From contig CANQCL010000009.1 in NCBI GenBank assembly GCA_947589215.1, positions 13,303-53,302 of the forward strand: a stretch of 40,000 nt of DNA, read 5' to 3'. The translations under genes and the position numbers were made by a program. This DNA comes from an uncultured Clostridia bacterium. Lineage in GTDB: Bacteria; Bacillota; Clostridia; Oscillospirales; Ruminococcaceae. Of the stretch, positions 36,749-40,000 are shown in pieces. Numbering within the stretch: the stretch's first letter is position 1; every line of letters begins with the position of its first letter. The notes below the pieces were generated by a model. That model was not told the origin of the DNA, did not search any database, and was given only the letters and a program-made list of their open reading frames with translations.

Positions 36749-36907
36749 TATTTATCTACGCCTATAATGGCGTCCTCCTCTCAATACTCGCATTGTTACT
36801 ATTATATTAGTATTATAAAAATCCGTCAACTGACATTTAATACAAATAATTTATAACATTTCTTAGTTTTTTGTTGAAATACAACTGTATTTGTACTGCA
36901 AACACTT

Positions 36908-38116
36908 TTATCTTGACAAGAAAATACTCAGTATATTATGACCTTTCTCTATAAAAACGCCTGTTTCTTTACAGGTTTGCTCTGTTAACTCATCTTTGCC
37001 CTCAATCTCGCCCTTTTTGTGATACATCAGAAATGGAATAGGGTCGTTTGTGTGGGTTCTAAGTTCAAGCGGAGTTGCGTGGTCAGGCATAATAAGAACC
37101 TTGTAGTCGTCATATTCTTCTAAGGCATTTAAAACAGGTCCGAGAATCTTCTCATCGATCAGTTCAAGTGACCTTTTCTTGTTCTCTATCTCATGCCTGT
37201 GACCGCACTCGTCCGGCGCTTCAACGTGAATATACACAAAGTCCTGACCGTTTTTAAATTCCCGAATAGCGGCACTGGCTTTTCCCTCAAAGTTGGTGTC
37301 AATATATCCTGTTGCGCCCTCAACATTTACAACATTCATACCGCTGAACTTTCCTATTCCCTTTAAAAGGTCAACAGCGGAAATTATCGAGCCTTTAAGT
37401 CCGTATTTCTCCTCAAACGGCATAAGAGCCTTTCTTGTGCCCTCTCCCCAGAACCACATAGAGTTCGCAGGTCTTAATCCTCTTGCCTCTCTTGCTTTGT
37501 TTACAGGGTGGTCTTTCAGTACATCATAGCTTTCAACCATCATATCGTAAAGCTTTTTAGCATTTGGATGCGACGGTATGTAATCCTTTATCGGCTTTCC
37601 TGTTATATCGTGCGGCGGAGTAAGCGTTCCGACATCCGTTGTGCCATTATTCCAAATCAAACAGTGACGGTAAGAAACTCCCGAATAAAGCTGAAACTCA
37701 TCATTATTAAAATGTTCAGACAAGGTTTTTACTATTTCTCTTGCCTCAGCGGTTGAAATATCATCGGCACAATAATCGAGAATAGTTTTGTCGGCATAAT
37801 CAGTCTCATCAGACAGTGTTACAAGATTACATCTGAAAGAAACGTCAGTAGGTTTCATATCAATACCTATTGAGCCTGCCTCAAGCGGAGAACGTCCCGA
37901 ATAATAGATTTGAGGGTCGTAGCCCAATACCGCAAGATTTGCAACGTCGCTTCCCGGCTTCATATTATCCGCAACCGTTTTTACAAGACCCATATAGCTT
38001 TTCTTAGCCAGTTTATCCATATTAGGAGTAACTGACGCTCCCATAGGAGTCTTATCCCCCAGCTCCTTTACAGGATAGTCTGCCATTCCGTCGCATAAAA
38101 GTACAAGTGTTTTCAT
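36908..38116 (-). CDS. apgM: Cofactor-independent phosphoglycerate mutase, archaeal/apgM type
   Basis: VLLCDGMADYPVKELGDKTPM, SDVANLAVLGYDP, YIHVEAPDECGH, VLIMPDHATPLELRTHTNDPIPF. Confidence 0.92.
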   Translation of the reverse strand: MKTLVLLCDGMADYPVKELGDKTPMGASVTPNMDKLAKKSYMGLVKTVADNMKPGSDVANLAVLGYDPQIYYSGRSPLEAGSIGIDMKPTDVSFRCNLVTLSDETDYADKTILDYCADDISTAEAREIVKTLSEHFNNDEFQLYSGVSYRHCLIWNNGTTDVGTLTPPHDITGKPIKDYIPSHPNAKKLYDMMVESYDVLKDHPVNKAREARGLRPANSMWFWGEGTRKALMPFEEKYGLKGSIISAVDLLKGIGKFSGMNVVNVEGATGYIDTNFEGKASAAIREFKNGQDFVYIHVEAPDECGHRHEIENKKRSLELIDEKILGPVLNALEEYDDYKVLIMPDHATPLELRTHTNDPIPFLMYHKKGEIEGKDELTEQTCKETGVFIEKGHNILSIFLSR

Positions 38117-38202
38117 TTATATAATTCCTTTCATTAAATGATTTTAATGTATAGTATTTAAAATAGCTTTACTTTCAATATATGATTAAAAATTTTTTAG
38201 GT

Positions 38203-39399
38203 TTAAGCTTCTTCAATCACCCAAAGCTGACTGTCATCAAGCGGATTGAAATCCTTTTGAAAAACTCTGTATTTTATAAGTCTTTTTGAATTAGTAACCA
38301 GCTTTGAAAAGCGAGAATACTCAGTTGAAATTTTATAAAATCCGTCTGTTTCGGTCAGCCTGTATCCGTTGTTCTTTATCGCCTTTCCGCACTTAAACCC
38401 AAACATACCGTCACAGAGAAGATTGCCCTCTTTATTGACTATTCTTACGCTACCGTCAAGATTAAGTCTTATATTAAAGGTCTGATTTAGATTACTATTA
38501 AGCTTTGAAAGCCCTGCCCTGCCGTTTTCATATATTGTCAGATAGGAGCCGTCGCAAGCTGATTTTATCTTCATATTTTTTTTGACTTTCAGTGCTTTTT
38601 CCGTATTTTCCGAAAGTCTTTCATAATAAGCGTTCATAAATGCCGCAACGTGCTGTTCGGTCAAGGGCAGCATATTCATAAGCGCATTTTCAAATGTTGT
38701 ATCCTGTACTGACTTTACATCTGCATAGTATTTTGCGGATTCCAAAGACAGGATATTTAACATTTCGCCAATACTTTTATATAAATAAGCATCATACAAG
38801 ATATCGTTTCCTTTTAATGTATGAAATCTATCCATATTTGCAAGGGCATATTTCTCATAGCAATGATGCGGATTATTTTTAAACGGCAGAGATATAAGAT
38901 TCGTCGTATGAACAGTACAGCCAATATCAGAAATAAAATGAATACATCTTCCCAAAGAATCAAGAGCCATATCAGTCATATTATTAGCAAACTGGATAAG
39001 ACTCATTGTATAATTTTCCTCCAGCATTGTTCTTGCAGAAGGGGCATACTGCCCCAACCTATTAACGTAAAACCCGTTATACGTCGGCTGAATAGCACTT
39101 CCATTCTTGTCGCATGAAGAATAGTAGTGCATTCCGCTGCCTTTATTTCTGTCTCCCTTAAAATCAGGAACTATAACGCCGTATGATATACGGTCTTTAT
39201 GCTCTTCAAAAAACTTATACGCATCTATTTTACCATCGTTTTTCAAAATCTCAAGAGCAGATTCAAATATAGACGTATGAGTATCCGAAAACCAAGCGTA
39301 CGCTTTCTTTTTATTAAACATCACTGCTCCAGCTGTGCATATCCCCAAAGAAACAAGAAACTTCTTATTTGTTTTCATTGAATTCATAACCTTTCTCAA
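38203..39399 (-). CDS. Secreted zinc-dependent phospholipase C-like protein with C-terminal beta-rich domain
   Basis: N-terminal hydrophobic export segment ending ...YAWFSDTHTSIFESAL, VIVPDFKGDRNKGSGMHYYSS, LGRCIHFISDIGCTVHTTN, HHCYEKYA, i.e. the ordered Trp/His/Asp/Glu zinc-ligand pattern of bacterial PLC/alpha-toxin enzymes. Confidence 0.82.
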   Translation of the reverse strand: MRKVMNSMKTNKKFLVSLGICTAGAVMFNKKKAYAWFSDTHTSIFESALEILKNDGKIDAYKFFEEHKDRISYGVIVPDFKGDRNKGSGMHYYSSCDKNGSAIQPTYNGFYVNRLGQYAPSARTMLEENYTMSLIQFANNMTDMALDSLGRCIHFISDIGCTVHTTNLISLPFKNNPHHCYEKYALANMDRFHTLKGNDILYDAYLYKSIGEMLNILSLESAKYYADVKSVQDTTFENALMNMLPLTEQHVAAFMNAYYERLSENTEKALKVKKNMKIKSACDGSYLTIYENGRAGLSKLNSNLNQTFNIRLNLDGSVRIVNKEGNLLCDGMFGFKCGKAIKNNGYRLTETDGFYKISTEYSRFSKLVTNSKRLIKYRVFQKDFNPLDDSQLWVIEEA

Positions 39400-39411
39400 G
39401 CAAACGGCAAC

Positions 39412-39783
39412 TCACTGCTGTGAAGTCATCTTATCTAAATCAGAATAAGTTTTAGTACACTTGCCTGTACCCGTAACTTTACCATTTTCATCATATTCAA
39501 TATCTATAACCGTCTCGCCTACAGATTTATTATACATCTCAGCGGCTTCCTCAAAGCTAATGCCGCCGTCTTTGTTCTTAACTGCATTTTTAGCTCCAAG
39601 AACAGAAGCAATACCTACCGCCGTTGAAACTCCGGTAAAATTTCTGACAAACCTAACAAATATATTCTTATGCTTTCCGTCTTTTTTCCTGCCTTTAAAA
39701 ATCAGGCTCATAACAAAAGAGACCAAAGCAATACTGCCTGCCTTTTCAGTATCATAATTGCAAAACGCACTAAACCTTCTCAT
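39412..39783 (-). CDS. Hypothetical protein
   Basis: ORF of 123 codons on the same strand as and immediately upstream of the PLC-like gene; no recognised domain. Confidence 0.5.
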   Translation of the reverse strand: MRRFSAFCNYDTEKAGSIALVSFVMSLIFKGRKKDGKHKNIFVRFVRNFTGVSTAVGIASVLGAKNAVKNKDGGISFEEAAEMYNKSVGETVIDIEYDENGKVTGTGKCTKTYSDLDKMTSQQ

Positions 39784-39910
39784 AGGTGTTCTCCTTTTCA
39801 GACTAACACGATCGTGAAAAACTACGTTAATTATATACTAATATGTGATATTTTTCAAGTAAATATTATTTTCATACACTACAGGTTAAAAAATTATTTA
39901 CACAAATAAA

Positions 39911-39940
39911 AAACCACAGACAAAAACAAATCTGCGGTTT
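39911..39940. terminator. Terminator-like hairpin AAACCACAGA...TCTGCGGTTT
   Basis: 10-bp inverted repeat with one mismatch, flanked by an A-run. Confidence 0.5.
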
Positions 39941-40000
39941 AGCACAAATATTTAATTTATATTACAAATTCTCTTATAATAACAAAATATCCGCATTTAC

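Noticed and set aside
36749-36907. Possible lysine riboswitch upstream of the aspartate kinase gene
   Set aside because: Only about 160 nt of AT-rich spacer without the conserved lysine-riboswitch core or multi-helix structure.

Overview
The window looks like a mostly housekeeping segment of an AT-rich Clostridia/Ruminococcaceae-type Firmicute chromosome. No CRISPR array, transposase, prophage, rRNA or tRNA was recognised by eye. Minus-strand genes at the left: ilvD (partial), aroK, aroE, comEB, ROK glucokinase and a SLOG protein. Then come leuCD-ybjQ-leuB, queH, spoIIID, a DUF218 protein, a YD-like repeat/FN3 surface protein, a secreted GH59 galactocerebrosidase-like enzyme, a split TSUP transporter pair, ruvX/yqgF, a sirtuin, a WYL regulator and DUF896. 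A plus-strand run follows: small coiled ORF, sigma-region-4-like protein, Orn/Lys/Arg decarboxylase, holB, ricT. Next are a PepSY lipoprotein, an orphan MazF/NdoA, gatC-gatA, and a 962-aa ORF joining complete GatB to a complete archaeal/eukaryal-type AspRS. The right end has a parvulin PPIase, a Y-family polymerase, GNAT, DUF815 ATPase, aspartate kinase, apgM and a zinc phospholipase C-like protein. Most interesting: (1) the GatB::AspRS fusion in a gatCAB operon, suggesting a covalently tethered transamidosome; (2) palindromic GAACNNNNGTTC LexA-type boxes upstream of the Y-family polymerase and also upstream of the uncharacterised small-ORF/sigma-like/decarboxylase/holB/ricT run; (3) a bacterial GH59 enzyme next to a YD-like repeat protein with a similar lysine-rich FN3 tail; (4) a roughly 185-bp highly structured GC-rich element upstream of gatC; (5) a terminator-like hairpin inside the 5' end of the ORF after spoIIID. 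All calls come from reading the sequence and translations; no database search was run.
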